A stretch of 64,000 nt of DNA from Polyangiaceae bacterium (GTDB taxonomy: Bacteria > Myxococcota_A > Polyangia > Polyangiales > Polyangiaceae), in assembly GCA_044376115.1 (NCBI GenBank), contig JBILLK010000005.1, positions 1 to 64,000 on the forward strand. The letters are read 5' to 3'. Each line of letters opens with the position of its first letter. Position 1 is the first letter of the stretch. Made by a program: the position numbers and the translations under genes. The notes beneath the pieces were generated by a model that worked only from the letters and a program-made list of their open reading frames with translations, was not told where the DNA came from and made no database searches. This document shows, in pieces, positions 36,239 to 46,119 of this stretch.

Positions 36239-39160
36239 TCACTCCCAATTCTCTTTGAAGAACCCAGCATCCATGACTTTGCGTTCGGCCAGCAGAAGGT
36301 CTCCTCGCCTTTGCGCAACGGCGTCGTCGTAGATGACGAAGTCTGGAAGCAGTCGCGGAAGAAAGCGTGCGTTGAGGGTAGCGTGCGAGCTCAAGCCGGC
36401 GTGCACGATGATGTAGCCGGTTTCTCGAAATCCGCGAGGCACTATGGAGACCTCGTCAAAATGCTTCGGAGCCGGGTAGATGAACGACAGCCCAGTGTGT
36501 GGTTGGCTGTAGCGCACTCCTCGAAAAACGATGGCGTCAGGTTCGAACTTGGCGGGCAAAAATTCGGCGATTCGTTTGGTCACCGCATTTTGTTGCGGCC
36601 CTCCCAGCAAGACCACGCTGGAGTTAGCGAGCGTCCCCATGCTCACGTTCACATCGTCGATCACCGGGTAGTCGACGTCCGCAGCCCCGCCCAGCTTCGC
36701 CAGGTGCGCAGCTGCCAAGCGGTGGGACTCGGTGTGCGCCGGATCGAGCGTGCCCACCACGAACAAGAGCGGCTCGTGAAAGGCGTCGTCCATCGGGCCC
36801 GACTGTCGGTGCCGCTTGCGGAGCGGCTGCGCGGCTTGGCCCTTGACCGTGAACTCGCCGCTTTCGTCGCGAATGAGCGCGACGCTGGCCGAGGTCTCTC
36901 GCTCGAAGCGCTGCGAACCCACCACCACCGTCGCCTGCGCACCGAGCAGCGGCGCGATGCTCGGAAGGTCGATCTCGAAAGCGAAAACGTTGCTCGCGGT
37001 AACCTCCACCGTGTGCGTCTCTGCATCGACGCTCGCCGTCAGCTCTGCGGGCTCACTGGACGACGAGTCGAGCATGGCGAGGAGCTTCAGCCAGTGGGCG
37101 CGGTCATAGCGAAGCTTGCCGGTGGTAAGCCGCACCTTGGCGGGCTGCTCGGGGACCGACTGGCGCTTGAGCCAGTTGACCATCTTCCCGTCTTCGTAGG
37201 CGTAGTCCCAAACGTTGTGCTCGAGGTCCTCCTGAATGTCGAAGGTGTACTTGTAGCCGAGCTGCTTGTAGCGATCGGCCACGACCTTGGAGCGGCCGGG
37301 TGCATCTTTGCCGCCGTGGACGATGTTGAGCGGCACGTGGAGGCCATTCTCCGCGTAGCGAACGAGGTACTCCTTCTGTAGCAGCGTCTCTTCCCAAGGC
37401 AGGTGCGGGACCTTCGCGACGCTGTTGTAGTCGAGCAAGTTCGGATAACCGCAAAGCGGCGCCGCAGCCGAAAAACGCCCTGGAAAGTGAAGCGGGAGCG
37501 CGAAGCTCACCGTGCCTCCAAGCGAGTAGCCGGTCAGCGATATCCGTCGCGGATCGATCGGGTAGCTCGCTTGCAGCTCCTCGATCACCTGCAGCAGGTC
37601 TTGTTCCGACACTGCGTGCGTTCCGCCGTTGCCAAAGCCCCAGGGAGCGGCCAGCACGGCGCCCTGATCCGGGAACGCGGGCAGGTGATGTGCAGCGTAC
37701 GAAAGCGTCACCTTCTCGTCCGCCGCCTCACCGACCAACGTGCGCAAGGCGTGTTCGGGTAAGCGATCACGACCATGGGCGACGAGTACCAGAGGCAGCT
37801 TTTTACCTGCCGCTGCGAGCTTGTCCAAGCTGGGCGGAATGAAGGCGACGTAGGGTTGCAACTTGCCGTCGATCTTGGAGTAGAGGCCGCGTGCTACCAC
37901 TCCGCGTTTGGTCGCGTACGGGTCTTGCCCAGCCGAGAAGGCCTCAGCAAGTTGCTCCGCCTGCGTCAGCAGTCCGTCGACCCATGCGTGATCGGCCTCG
38001 TTGCGCAGCAGCGCCTGTTCAAGCTCGGTTACTACGCGCTCGAAGCTCGCACGTGAGCCGCTCGCAACGTTGGTTTGCGCCAGCACCTTGTCGAGCACCG
38101 TTCGCAGCGCGAGCACACGGATAAGCACGCCCTGTAGTTGCGGAAAACGAGCATTGAGGACCTTGCGGTCCTCGAAGTCCACCGAGAGGTACGCCCCTTG
38201 TTTGCTGGCAAAGGTGAGCTGCTCGCTCACCGCAAAGGAAGACGAAACCAGGTCTTGGGCTGGAAGACTTTTTCCCGTCCAAGGTGAATCATCGCCGACG
38301 CGCACCGAGAGGGCGGAGTTCGGGTTGATCACCGGCACGAGCCCCAGGAAACGCGGGGTGGCCTCGAATCGTGGGCCTTTCGGCGAGAGGCTCATCCGCG
38401 GTGAGAAACTCAACAGCGGCCCGGTTTTGCAGGCTGCCTGAGGGAACGGCTCGAAGGCCGCCAAGCCGGGTGCTGGTAGGCCCTCCGGAGTACGCAGCCG
38501 CAGGAAGAACCCAGCGTTATCGGGCTTGAGCGTCGCGACGATGGGCGTCACCCCCTTGGGCAAAGTGATCGTGGCGAAGCGCTCGTCCGGGAGCGCGCGC
38601 TCCCCGAGGTTGTGCGCTGGCTCGAACACCAAGGCCGCGTCGCCGATTTGCAGGGTCAGTCGACCGGACGTGCCAACGCGAACTTCCAGCGTCTGCTCGC
38701 GATCGGAGACCAACGTGGTCGCGAGCACCGCCGCGTGCGCCGATTCACCTCGGTTGCTCTGCGGCCTTACGTAGCCGTCGTCGGAACAGACCGGCTTGAC
38801 GGTGGCGCCGGTAAGTTCCCCTAGGGCACCGGTCTGCGCGACGGCATCGACCTGTTTCGCACCAAGCCCGGTCCACCCCGACCAGGCGTTGATCCACGAA
38901 GGCGCCATCCGCAGGCGCTCGCGTGGCACTGACTTCGGCACGTTTTCACAGCTAGCGCCGAAACACGCTGTCCCTTCGGGACAGACCTCGTGCGAGTTCG
39001 AGAATTGCGATGCGTTCACGCACACCGGTGGCGGGGCGACGGCGGTTGGCCAACGCCGCGGTTGTGCCGCTACTGAGCTTGCGGCTAGAGACGGCTGGGG
39101 CCCAGCGGCGCTCGGCTGCGACCCATCCCCACACGCCGCAACCAACAGCAATGCGGACAC
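36239..39160 (-). CDS. Large alpha/beta-hydrolase (esterase/peptidase S9-like) lipoprotein
   Basis: GYSLGG nucleophile elbow, HGGKD, EHNVW; lipobox VAAC; start uncertain. Confidence 0.8.
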   Translation of the reverse strand: MSALLLVAACGDGSQPSAAGPQPSLAASSVAAQPRRWPTAVAPPPVCVNASQFSNSHEVCPEGTACFGASCENVPKSVPRERLRMAPSWINAWSGWTGLGAKQVDAVAQTGALGELTGATVKPVCSDDGYVRPQSNRGESAHAAVLATTLVSDREQTLEVRVGTSGRLTLQIGDAALVFEPAHNLGERALPDERFATITLPKGVTPIVATLKPDNAGFFLRLRTPEGLPAPGLAAFEPFPQAACKTGPLLSFSPRMSLSPKGPRFEATPRFLGLVPVINPNSALSVRVGDDSPWTGKSLPAQDLVSSSFAVSEQLTFASKQGAYLSVDFEDRKVLNARFPQLQGVLIRVLALRTVLDKVLAQTNVASGSRASFERVVTELEQALLRNEADHAWVDGLLTQAEQLAEAFSAGQDPYATKRGVVARGLYSKIDGKLQPYVAFIPPSLDKLAAAGKKLPLVLVAHGRDRLPEHALRTLVGEAADEKVTLSYAAHHLPAFPDQGAVLAAPWGFGNGGTHAVSEQDLLQVIEELQASYPIDPRRISLTGYSLGGTVSFALPLHFPGRFSAAAPLCGYPNLLDYNSVAKVPHLPWEETLLQKEYLVRYAENGLHVPLNIVHGGKDAPGRSKVVADRYKQLGYKYTFDIQEDLEHNVWDYAYEDGKMVNWLKRQSVPEQPAKVRLTTGKLRYDRAHWLKLLAMLDSSSSEPAELTASVDAETHTVEVTASNVFAFEIDLPSIAPLLGAQATVVVGSQRFERETSASVALIRDESGEFTVKGQAAQPLRKRHRQSGPMDDAFHEPLLFVVGTLDPAHTESHRLAAAHLAKLGGAADVDYPVIDDVNVSMGTLANSSVVLLGGPQQNAVTKRIAEFLPAKFEPDAIVFRGVRYSQPHTGLSFIYPAPKHFDEVSIVPRGFRETGYIIVHAGLSSHATLNARFLPRLLPDFVIYDDAVAQRRGDLLLAERKVMDAGFFKENWE

Positions 39161-39226
39161 CCTGCAAAAAACCTGATAGCGAATGGGGCACTCTAATGCG
39201 GCACGCCCCAAGGAAGGAACATCGTC

Positions 39227-39829
39227 GTGGCTGACTCGAGCCCCCCGGAGCAAAAATCAGGAGCCGGCATTTACATCATCGGTGCTGTGCTGCTCGCGGG
39301 CGGCGCCGGTGCGATCGTCTTCCTCACGGGTGGCGACAAGCCGAAGGAGGCGCCCACCAGCCAGCCTGCTCCGCCTCCCCCGCCGCCACCACCTCCGCCT
39401 CCCCCGCCGCCACCACCTCCCCCGCCGCCTACGGCCACTGAAACGGCCTCGGCCAGCGCCACTCCCGAAGCCTCGGCTAGCGCCGCGCCCAAGACGGCTG
39501 GCAGCGGCGGTGGCTCCTGCTCCAAGTGCAACGAGGGTGTCAGCAACGGCGCGTTGAACAGCGCTTTGCAGGGTGCAGGCGGTTCGGCTCGCGGTTGCTA
39601 CAACCGTGCGCTGCAGAAGAACGCTGGCGCCTCTGGCAAGATCAACGTGGCCGTGCAGGTTGGCGCCTCCGGCGAGGTTTGCAGCGCCGCCATCACCACC
39701 GACACGGTGGGTAGCCCCGACGTATCGCGCTGCGTGCTCTCGCGCTTTCAGGGCAAGAGCTTCCCCAAGCCGGACAAGGGCTGCGTGACGGTGAACATAC
39801 CGCTCAACTTCACGGTGAAGGACCAATAG
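39227..39829 (+). CDS. AgmX/PglI C-terminal (TonB_C-like) membrane protein with a poly-Pro linker
   Basis: N-terminal TM, 20 consecutive Pro (39371-39430), CYNRAL...GKI.V...C.....FPKP...V.IP pattern. Confidence 0.8.
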   Translation: MADSSPPEQKSGAGIYIIGAVLLAGGAGAIVFLTGGDKPKEAPTSQPAPPPPPPPPPPPPPPPPPPPPTATETASASATPEASASAAPKTAGSGGGSCSKCNEGVSNGALNSALQGAGGSARGCYNRALQKNAGASGKINVAVQVGASGEVCSAAITTDTVGSPDVSRCVLSRFQGKSFPKPDKGCVTVNIPLNFTVKDQ

Positions 39830-39832
39830 CCC

Positions 39833-40600
39833 TTGGGGGTGTTGCTAAGCGTCGCGTACGACGGCCGCCCCTATCACGGATTCGTGGAGCAACCCGGTCA
39901 AAGCACGGTGGCCGGGGAGTTGCTTACCGCCTTGCGGCAGATCGATCCGACGATCGCTCGGCTCGATGCAACGAGCCGGACGGACCGCGGGGTACACGCG
40001 CGCGATCAACGTGTGGCGTTCGTGCCGGCTCGCCCTTTGGCGCTGACGGCCTGGACGCACGGCGCGCAAAAGCATCTACCGAATTCGATTTCGATCCGGC
40101 GCGCCTGGGAGGTGGCGGACGACTTCTTCCCGCGCGGGCACGTGGTGTCGAAGACCTATCGCTACACGCTGCTCTTCGACGAAGTGCGCGATCCTTTTTG
40201 TGACGGCTTCGTTTGGCGCCTAACGGCGGGCTCGCGTGATGAAGCCTGCCGCGTGATGGCGGAGGAGGCGCAAGCGTTGGTTGGCACGCACGACTTTTCC
40301 GCGTTCCGCGGCGCTCAAGACGAGCGTGAGTCCGCTGTGCGGACCTTGCTCTTTTGCAACGTCAGTCCCTCTCCCCACGATCCGCGGGTCGCCTGGGTGG
40401 ACGTGTGCGGAACCGGGTTTCTGTACCATATGGTTCGAATCATCGTTGGCACGCTGGTGGACGTGGCTCGTGGTCGGCGCAAGCCCGGCACCGTGCAGCG
40501 AGCGCTCGTGAGTGGAGACCGCCGTGAAGGCGGAATCACCGCTCCCCCCGACGGCCTCTGCTTGCAGAGCTACGACCTCTCGGGAATCGACTCTCCCTAG
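39833..40600 (+). CDS. truA: tRNA pseudouridine(38-40) synthase
   Basis: YDG..YHG, SRTDRGVHA, GTHDFSAF, FLYHMVRIIVG and APPDGL motifs. Confidence 0.95.
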   Translation: MGVLLSVAYDGRPYHGFVEQPGQSTVAGELLTALRQIDPTIARLDATSRTDRGVHARDQRVAFVPARPLALTAWTHGAQKHLPNSISIRRAWEVADDFFPRGHVVSKTYRYTLLFDEVRDPFCDGFVWRLTAGSRDEACRVMAEEAQALVGTHDFSAFRGAQDERESAVRTLLFCNVSPSPHDPRVAWVDVCGTGFLYHMVRIIVGTLVDVARGRRKPGTVQRALVSGDRREGGITAPPDGLCLQSYDLSGIDSP

Positions 40601-40662
40601 GTTTTCTGCGCTATTCGGCGGAAAGTTGCCCAACTCGCGCGTCGCTCCGTAAACGAGCGACC

Positions 40663-41862
40663 ATGTTGATCGGATTGGAGCAGCTTGGCCGCCTGCGTCG
40701 GCTCACCGCGGAGCTCGCCAGCAAACGCGTCGGGCTGCTTGCTCACCCCGCTAGCGTCGACCGAGGACTGCGCCATATCTCGGAGATCCTCCCCGAGCTA
40801 TCGATCCACCCGCGGGTGATCTTCGGGCCAGAGCACGGCTACGGTGGGGAGGCGCAAGACATGATCGGTGTAAGCGACGCCCGCTCGCCCGACGGCGTGC
40901 CGGTGATCAGCCTGTACGGCGATTCGCTCGAGGCGCTGAGTCCACAACCCGCGCAGCTGGCCGAACTCAACGTCTTGTTGATCGATCTCGCCGATGTCGG
41001 CAGCCGCTACTACACCTTCATTTGGACGGCCCTCCTGGCGGTGATCGCAGCGGCCAAAGCCGGCGTGGACACGGTGCTTTTGGATCGGCCCAACCCGCTT
41101 GGCGGTCTCCTCTCGCAGACCGAAGGCGCGCTGCAAGAGGACGGCTTTCTCTCCTTCGTCGGGCTGCGCAAAACGCCGGTGCGCCATGGGCTCACGGTGG
41201 GGGAGATCGTGATGCTCTTTGCGCAGGAGGCCGGAGTCGCCGAGCGTCTGCGCGTGGTGCCGCTGCGAGGCTGGGAGCGAGCGAGGCTGGCCAGCGGTTG
41301 GGATCGCCCGTTCGTGCTCACGTCACCCAACATGCCCACGCTGGAGACGGCACTCGTTTACCCCGGTGGCTGCCTGATCGAAGGCACGAATCTCTCCGAG
41401 GGCCGCGGTACCACGCGACCGTTCGAGATCGTCGGTGCTCCCTTCATCGATGGCCGTCGCCTCGCTCGAGAGCTCGCGGCAACCGGCCTGCCAGGGTTTG
41501 TGGCCCGGCCGATCTCCTTTCGTCCGACCTTCCAAAAGCACCAGGGCAAAGAGTGTGGCGGCGTGCAGATCCACGTGACCAACGCAGCCAGCTTCAGGCC
41601 CTACGCGACGTATCTCGCGCTGGTCGCGTTGGCCAAGCGGCAGGCCCCCAAGGAGTTCCGTTTTCGCACCGAACGCTACGAGTTCGTCGACGACATACCG
41701 GCCTTCGACTTGCTCACCGGCTCGAGCGTGTGCCGCGAGAAGATTCAGTCCGAGAGCGAAATCAGCGATCTCCTACACGACGCTTGCGTCGTTGATCCCA
41801 GCTGGAACCAGCGCATGGAGGACGCCCAACGCCTCGTTCAGGAGCGATCGATCCGGGAGTGA
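40663..41862 (+). CDS. namZ: Exo-beta-N-acetylmuramidase NamZ (DUF1343)
   Basis: FGPEHG, DVGSRYYT, DRPNPLGG, SPNMPT and EGTNLSEGRGTTRPFE motifs. Confidence 0.92.
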   Translation: MLIGLEQLGRLRRLTAELASKRVGLLAHPASVDRGLRHISEILPELSIHPRVIFGPEHGYGGEAQDMIGVSDARSPDGVPVISLYGDSLEALSPQPAQLAELNVLLIDLADVGSRYYTFIWTALLAVIAAAKAGVDTVLLDRPNPLGGLLSQTEGALQEDGFLSFVGLRKTPVRHGLTVGEIVMLFAQEAGVAERLRVVPLRGWERARLASGWDRPFVLTSPNMPTLETALVYPGGCLIEGTNLSEGRGTTRPFEIVGAPFIDGRRLARELAATGLPGFVARPISFRPTFQKHQGKECGGVQIHVTNAASFRPYATYLALVALAKRQAPKEFRFRTERYEFVDDIPAFDLLTGSSVCREKIQSESEISDLLHDACVVDPSWNQRMEDAQRLVQERSIRE

Positions 41863-41883
41863 CGAGCGAGCCGACTCGCCGGC

Positions 41884-42882
41884 TCAGCGCGGAAAAGAAC
41901 GCCAAGCTGTCTCGAGGATCGTCTCCAGGCTGCTCCACTCTGGCGTCCACCCAAGCACTCTGCGCGCCTTCGCAGCTGATCCAACGAGCTCAGGCGGATC
42001 CCCCGCGCGACGCGGAACTTCGGTGTAGCGAAAGGCTGCGCCGGTGATCTTGCGCGCACCTTCGATCAGCTCGAGTACCGAAACACCCTTTTCGGTGCTG
42101 AGGTTGAACGGCTCAAAGCCGGTGCACGTGCCTGCAAGCAAGGCCTTGAGCGCGGCGACGTGCGCGCTCGCTAGGTCCTGCACGTGGATGTAGTCGCGGA
42201 TGCAGCTACCGTCACGGGTGGGGTAATCGGTGCCGAAGAGCTTCAGCTTGGTCGCTTGGGGATCGCCCCCGCGCAACACGCGTGCGGCCTCCTCGAGCAC
42301 CAGCGGGATCAGATGCGTCTCCGGATTATGTCGTTCGCGCAAGACGCCCTCCGGGTCGGCGCCGGCCGCGTTGAAGTAGCGAAGGCTCACCGTGTTCAGC
42401 CCGTAGGCTGACGCGTAGTCACGCATCGCGTGCTCCATCACGAGCTTGGTTTGCCCGTACGGATTGATCGGATGCTGGGCTGCTTCCTCGCTGATCGGAA
42501 TCACCTTGGGCTCGCCGTAGGTCGCGCAGGTCGACGAAAAAACGAGGTTCTTCACGCCGGCGTCGAGCATGGCGTGCAGCAGGTTCAACGTTCCGACGAC
42601 GTTGTTGTTGTAGTACTTGCGCGGATCGGTGACCGACTCACCCACGTACGCGTGCGCTGCAAAGTGCACCACGGCATCGTAGCGATTGCGGCTAAACACA
42701 CGCTGGAGCGCTTCACGGTCGAGCAGATCCGCGTGGACGAAATCCCCCGCGACCACCGCATCACGAAAGCCAGTGCACAGGTTGTCGAGCGTGGTGGGCG
42801 CAAAGCCGTTGCGACCCAAGTGCTTGACGGTGTGAGAGCCGATGTATCCCGCTCCCCCAACGACCAGGATGCGGCCGCTCAC
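41884..42882 (-). CDS. galE: UDP-glucose 4-epimerase
   Basis: GGAGYIGSH, HFAA, FSSTCATYG, YGQTK, LRYFNAAGA and RDYIHV motifs. Confidence 0.96.
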   Translation of the reverse strand: MSGRILVVGGAGYIGSHTVKHLGRNGFAPTTLDNLCTGFRDAVVAGDFVHADLLDREALQRVFSRNRYDAVVHFAAHAYVGESVTDPRKYYNNNVVGTLNLLHAMLDAGVKNLVFSSTCATYGEPKVIPISEEAAQHPINPYGQTKLVMEHAMRDYASAYGLNTVSLRYFNAAGADPEGVLRERHNPETHLIPLVLEEAARVLRGGDPQATKLKLFGTDYPTRDGSCIRDYIHVQDLASAHVAALKALLAGTCTGFEPFNLSTEKGVSVLELIEGARKITGAAFRYTEVPRRAGDPPELVGSAAKARRVLGWTPEWSSLETILETAWRSFPR

Positions 42883-42981
42883 GAAGCAACTCCAAACAGG
42901 ATCATCGCGCTAGCGTGCCGCACGGCTGGGCCGACTTCAAGCTGCTTGGTTCCGCGGCAAGAGTGCGTTCTTCTCTCGCGT

Positions 42982-44394
42982 ATGTGGCAATATCTCGCGT
43001 CGGGGCTCTTCCTTTTGGTCGGCTGCAACGCCCCATCGAGCAAGCCCAGCGCACCCGAGGAGTCAAAAGTGGAACCCCCCAATCACGCGCCGCAAGCGAG
43101 CGCGAGCGCGACGGCTGCAATGCCCGCTCCAGTTGAAGGAGCCGAGGCGCGCGGACGGCGATTCGTCGAGTTGCTTTCGAGTGAGCGGTTCGCTGAGGCC
43201 TTCGCCGAGTTCGACGAGAAGATGACGGCCGGCTTGCCCCAGCCGCAGCTCGAGAAAGTCTGGCGCGGGCTGACCACCGCAGCCGGCGCCTTCGTGAAGA
43301 TCAATCAGGTGAAGGTCGTCAAGGTAGGGGCCTACGAGACGGCCATCGTCGAGTGCGTCTTCGGCTCGACCACGCTCGACGCGAAGGTCGCTTTCGACGC
43401 CAACGGCAAGGTTGCAGGTCTCTTCTTTTCTCCGGGTACGCAGCCCTACAGCGAGCCCAACTACGTCGACCGAAGTCGCTTTGAGGAGCTCGAGGTCACG
43501 GTGGGGCAGGGCAGCGAGTGGGAGCTACCGGGCGTGTTGACGCTGCCGAAAGGCAAAGGCCCGTTTCGCGCCGTCGTGCTCGTGCACGGCTCTGGCCCCA
43601 ATGACCGCGATGAGAGCGTGGGGGCGAACAGGCCGTTCAAAGATCTCGCGCTGGGGCTCGCTTCGCAGGGCATCGCGGTGCTCCGCTACGACAAGCGCAC
43701 CAAGGTCCACGGGGCGAAGTTCGCTGCCTTGTCCGACGCGACGGTCGACGGAGAAGCGGTCGACGATGCGGTGGCTGCTGTCGAGCTGCTACGCAAGGAC
43801 GCCCGCATCGACGGCAAGCACATCGTCGTGGTCGGGCACAGTCTTGGCGGCATGCTCGCGCCAGCGATTGGGCTGCGGGCGAAGGAGCTCGCGGGCGTTG
43901 CCAGTCTGGCCGGAAGCGTGCGGCCGATTCTCGATCTGATGCTCGAACAGGTGGACAAGATCGCGGCGTTGGATGGGCACCGCTCGGCGGAGGAGCAGGC
44001 TGAAATCGAGAAGCTGCGTGGGCAGGTTGAACAGGTCCGGGCCATCCAAGCCGGCAAACCGGTGACGAGCGGTGATGGGCTGGTGCTTGGGGCCCGGCCC
44101 ACCTACTGGAAGCATCTCGCCGCCTATGACCCGCTAAAGTCGGCGGTGGCTTATCGCAAGCCGATGTTCTTCGCGCAGGGCGAACGCGATTACCAGGTTA
44201 CGACGGTCGATTTCGACTTGTGGAAGCGCGCACTTGCCAAACGCAAAGACGTCCGCTTCAAGCTCTATCCCAAGGCCAATCACCTTTTCGGCGAAGGCGA
44301 AGGTCCAAGTGGGCCCGAAGAGTATCAACGGCGCGAGCCGGTAACCCTCGAGCTAGTCAAAGACCTGGCGGACTGGCTCACCAAGCTCCCTTGA
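42982..44394 (+). CDS. Alpha/beta hydrolase lipoprotein with a DUF3887-like N-terminal domain
   Basis: Lipobox LVGC; HGSGPNDRDE, RYDKR, GHSLGG, GERDYQV and NHLF motifs. Confidence 0.88.
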   Translation: MWQYLASGLFLLVGCNAPSSKPSAPEESKVEPPNHAPQASASATAAMPAPVEGAEARGRRFVELLSSERFAEAFAEFDEKMTAGLPQPQLEKVWRGLTTAAGAFVKINQVKVVKVGAYETAIVECVFGSTTLDAKVAFDANGKVAGLFFSPGTQPYSEPNYVDRSRFEELEVTVGQGSEWELPGVLTLPKGKGPFRAVVLVHGSGPNDRDESVGANRPFKDLALGLASQGIAVLRYDKRTKVHGAKFAALSDATVDGEAVDDAVAAVELLRKDARIDGKHIVVVGHSLGGMLAPAIGLRAKELAGVASLAGSVRPILDLMLEQVDKIAALDGHRSAEEQAEIEKLRGQVEQVRAIQAGKPVTSGDGLVLGARPTYWKHLAAYDPLKSAVAYRKPMFFAQGERDYQVTTVDFDLWKRALAKRKDVRFKLYPKANHLFGEGEGPSGPEEYQRREPVTLELVKDLADWLTKLP

Positions 44395-44464
44395 GAATCA
44401 GACTCGTGCCCTCTTCAACAAGCTAAGTCCACGGCGCAAAGTGTCGTGGTAGATCTCGGACTTC

Positions 44465-45985
44465 GTGCAGCTGCAACCCGGACAGATCCTCGCTGACAAG
44501 TACCGCATCATCCGCCAGATCGGCCAGGGTGGTATGGGCGCTGTGTTCGAGGGCGAGAACATCCGCATCCATCGCAAGGTGGCGATCAAGACGCTGCATG
44601 CAGCGGTCGCCGGTAAGGCCGACATCCTGCAGCGCTTCGAGCGCGAGGCTCAAGCTGCGGGTCGCATCGGCTCCGAGCACATCGTGGAGGTGCTCGACAT
44701 GGGCGATCTCCCGGATGGCTCCCGCTTCATGGTGATGGAGTTTCTATCGGGGAAAACGCTTGGCGATCGCATCATCGTCAACGGCAAGATGCCTGCGCGC
44801 GAGCTCGCCGTGCCCTTGATGCAACTGCTGGACGGCCTCGGTCGTGCGCACGTAGCCGGGATCATTCATCGCGACCTCAAGCCGGCCAACGTGTTCCTGC
44901 TGAACAACAAGCCGGGCCAACCAGACTTCGTCAAGATCCTCGACTTCGGTGTCTCCAAGTTCAACGTGCTCAACGCCGAGGAGATGAGCATGACCCGCAC
45001 CGGCGCGGTGATGGGAACGCCGTATTACATGTCGCCCGAGCAGGCGAAGGGCGCCCGAACCATCGATACGCGCAGCGACCTCTATTCGGTGGGCGTCATC
45101 ATTTATGAGGCGGTGACCGGCCAGGTCCCGTTCAACGCCGAGACCTTCAACGAGCTCATCTTCAAGATCGCGCTGGAAGCACCGCCTCCAGCCGAGAGCT
45201 TCGTGCCCAACCTCGATCCAGCGTTTGCGGGCATCATGCGTAAGGCGATGGCGCGCGAGCCCAATGAGCGCTTTCAAACCGCCGAGGAAATGCGTGCGGT
45301 GTTGGCTGCTTGGGTGGCCGAGTATGACGCTCAGGCTCAGGCTGCCGCGGGAGGGCCAGCCATCCTCCACGGTACTGTGGCGATGGGCCCACCCGCCCAA
45401 GCCACGACGGCTCAGTTCGTCGCTAGCCAAGCCAACGCCAATCCGCCTGGCCAGCAAGTTCGCGCGGGGGGCACCGTGGTTATGGAAGCATCCTCCCAAG
45501 CAGGCGAAGGCGCCCAGACCCTGGTGTATCAGGCGGGCGGTCAAGCGGGCGGTCCCTACCAAGCGGGCGCTCCCGCGCAGACCACCCTACGTCGACAGGT
45601 TCCAAGCCGCAAAGGAAGCTCGATCGCAATCATCGGGGGCGTAGCTGCGCTGGCCATCTCCTTTGGTGGGTACTTTGCGTATGCGCAGCTGAGCCAACCG
45701 AGTCCACCTCCGAGCACTCCATCCCTGAGTGCTAGCGCTGTCACGAAGGAAACGGCGCTCCCTGCAGCGCGCCCTATGCCGCCGCCTGGGCCTGCGGCCG
45801 AGCCAACGGCGTCTGCTCCTCAGCCCGAGCCAACGAGCAGCACGCCTGCCCCGTCGCAGCAGCCCACCAGTGTTCCGCCTGCGGTTCCAACGGCGGTGCG
45901 CCCAGGGCCAAAGCCGCCCACCACCGCAACGAGCACCCCCAAAATCCCCAAGCCAGCTCGCACCATAACGCCCGAGCTTTTCTGA
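44465..45985 (+). CDS. Membrane Ser/Thr protein kinase
   Basis: GQGGMGAV, VAIK, HRDLKPAN, DFG, GTPYYMSPEQ; one TM; Pro-rich tail. Confidence 0.95.
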   Translation: MQLQPGQILADKYRIIRQIGQGGMGAVFEGENIRIHRKVAIKTLHAAVAGKADILQRFEREAQAAGRIGSEHIVEVLDMGDLPDGSRFMVMEFLSGKTLGDRIIVNGKMPARELAVPLMQLLDGLGRAHVAGIIHRDLKPANVFLLNNKPGQPDFVKILDFGVSKFNVLNAEEMSMTRTGAVMGTPYYMSPEQAKGARTIDTRSDLYSVGVIIYEAVTGQVPFNAETFNELIFKIALEAPPPAESFVPNLDPAFAGIMRKAMAREPNERFQTAEEMRAVLAAWVAEYDAQAQAAAGGPAILHGTVAMGPPAQATTAQFVASQANANPPGQQVRAGGTVVMEASSQAGEGAQTLVYQAGGQAGGPYQAGAPAQTTLRRQVPSRKGSSIAIIGGVAALAISFGGYFAYAQLSQPSPPPSTPSLSASAVTKETALPAARPMPPPGPAAEPTASAPQPEPTSSTPAPSQQPTSVPPAVPTAVRPGPKPPTTATSTPKIPKPARTITPELF

Positions 45986-45992
45986 GCTCCGT

Positions 45993-46072
45993 GGATGCAG
46001 ACCGCCGAAGGCCCCGTTGGACCTTCGACTTGGCACGAGTCATTGAAGGCGGATGCAGTGTCATTCCGCCGA
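45993..46072 (+). repeat. Degenerate copy of the 96-bp palindromic element
   Basis: GCCGAAGGCCCC..TTGG...ACTTGGCACGAGTCATT..GAAGGCGGATGCAG..GTCATTCCGCCGA matches the reverse complement of the 3733-3925 units. Confidence 0.85.
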
Positions 46073-46119
46073 GCGTAGGCTGACTACATCGCGTACACTT
46101 CGGTGGGGAAAGAACGGCT

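Noticed and set aside
34237..37381. Long + strand ORFs 34237-35856 and 36206-37381
   Set aside because: Antisense shadows of the kinase and hydrolase genes; no motifs.
42430..42981. N-terminal extension of ORF 42430-44394
   Set aside because: Antisense to galE; the lipoprotein signal starts at 42982.
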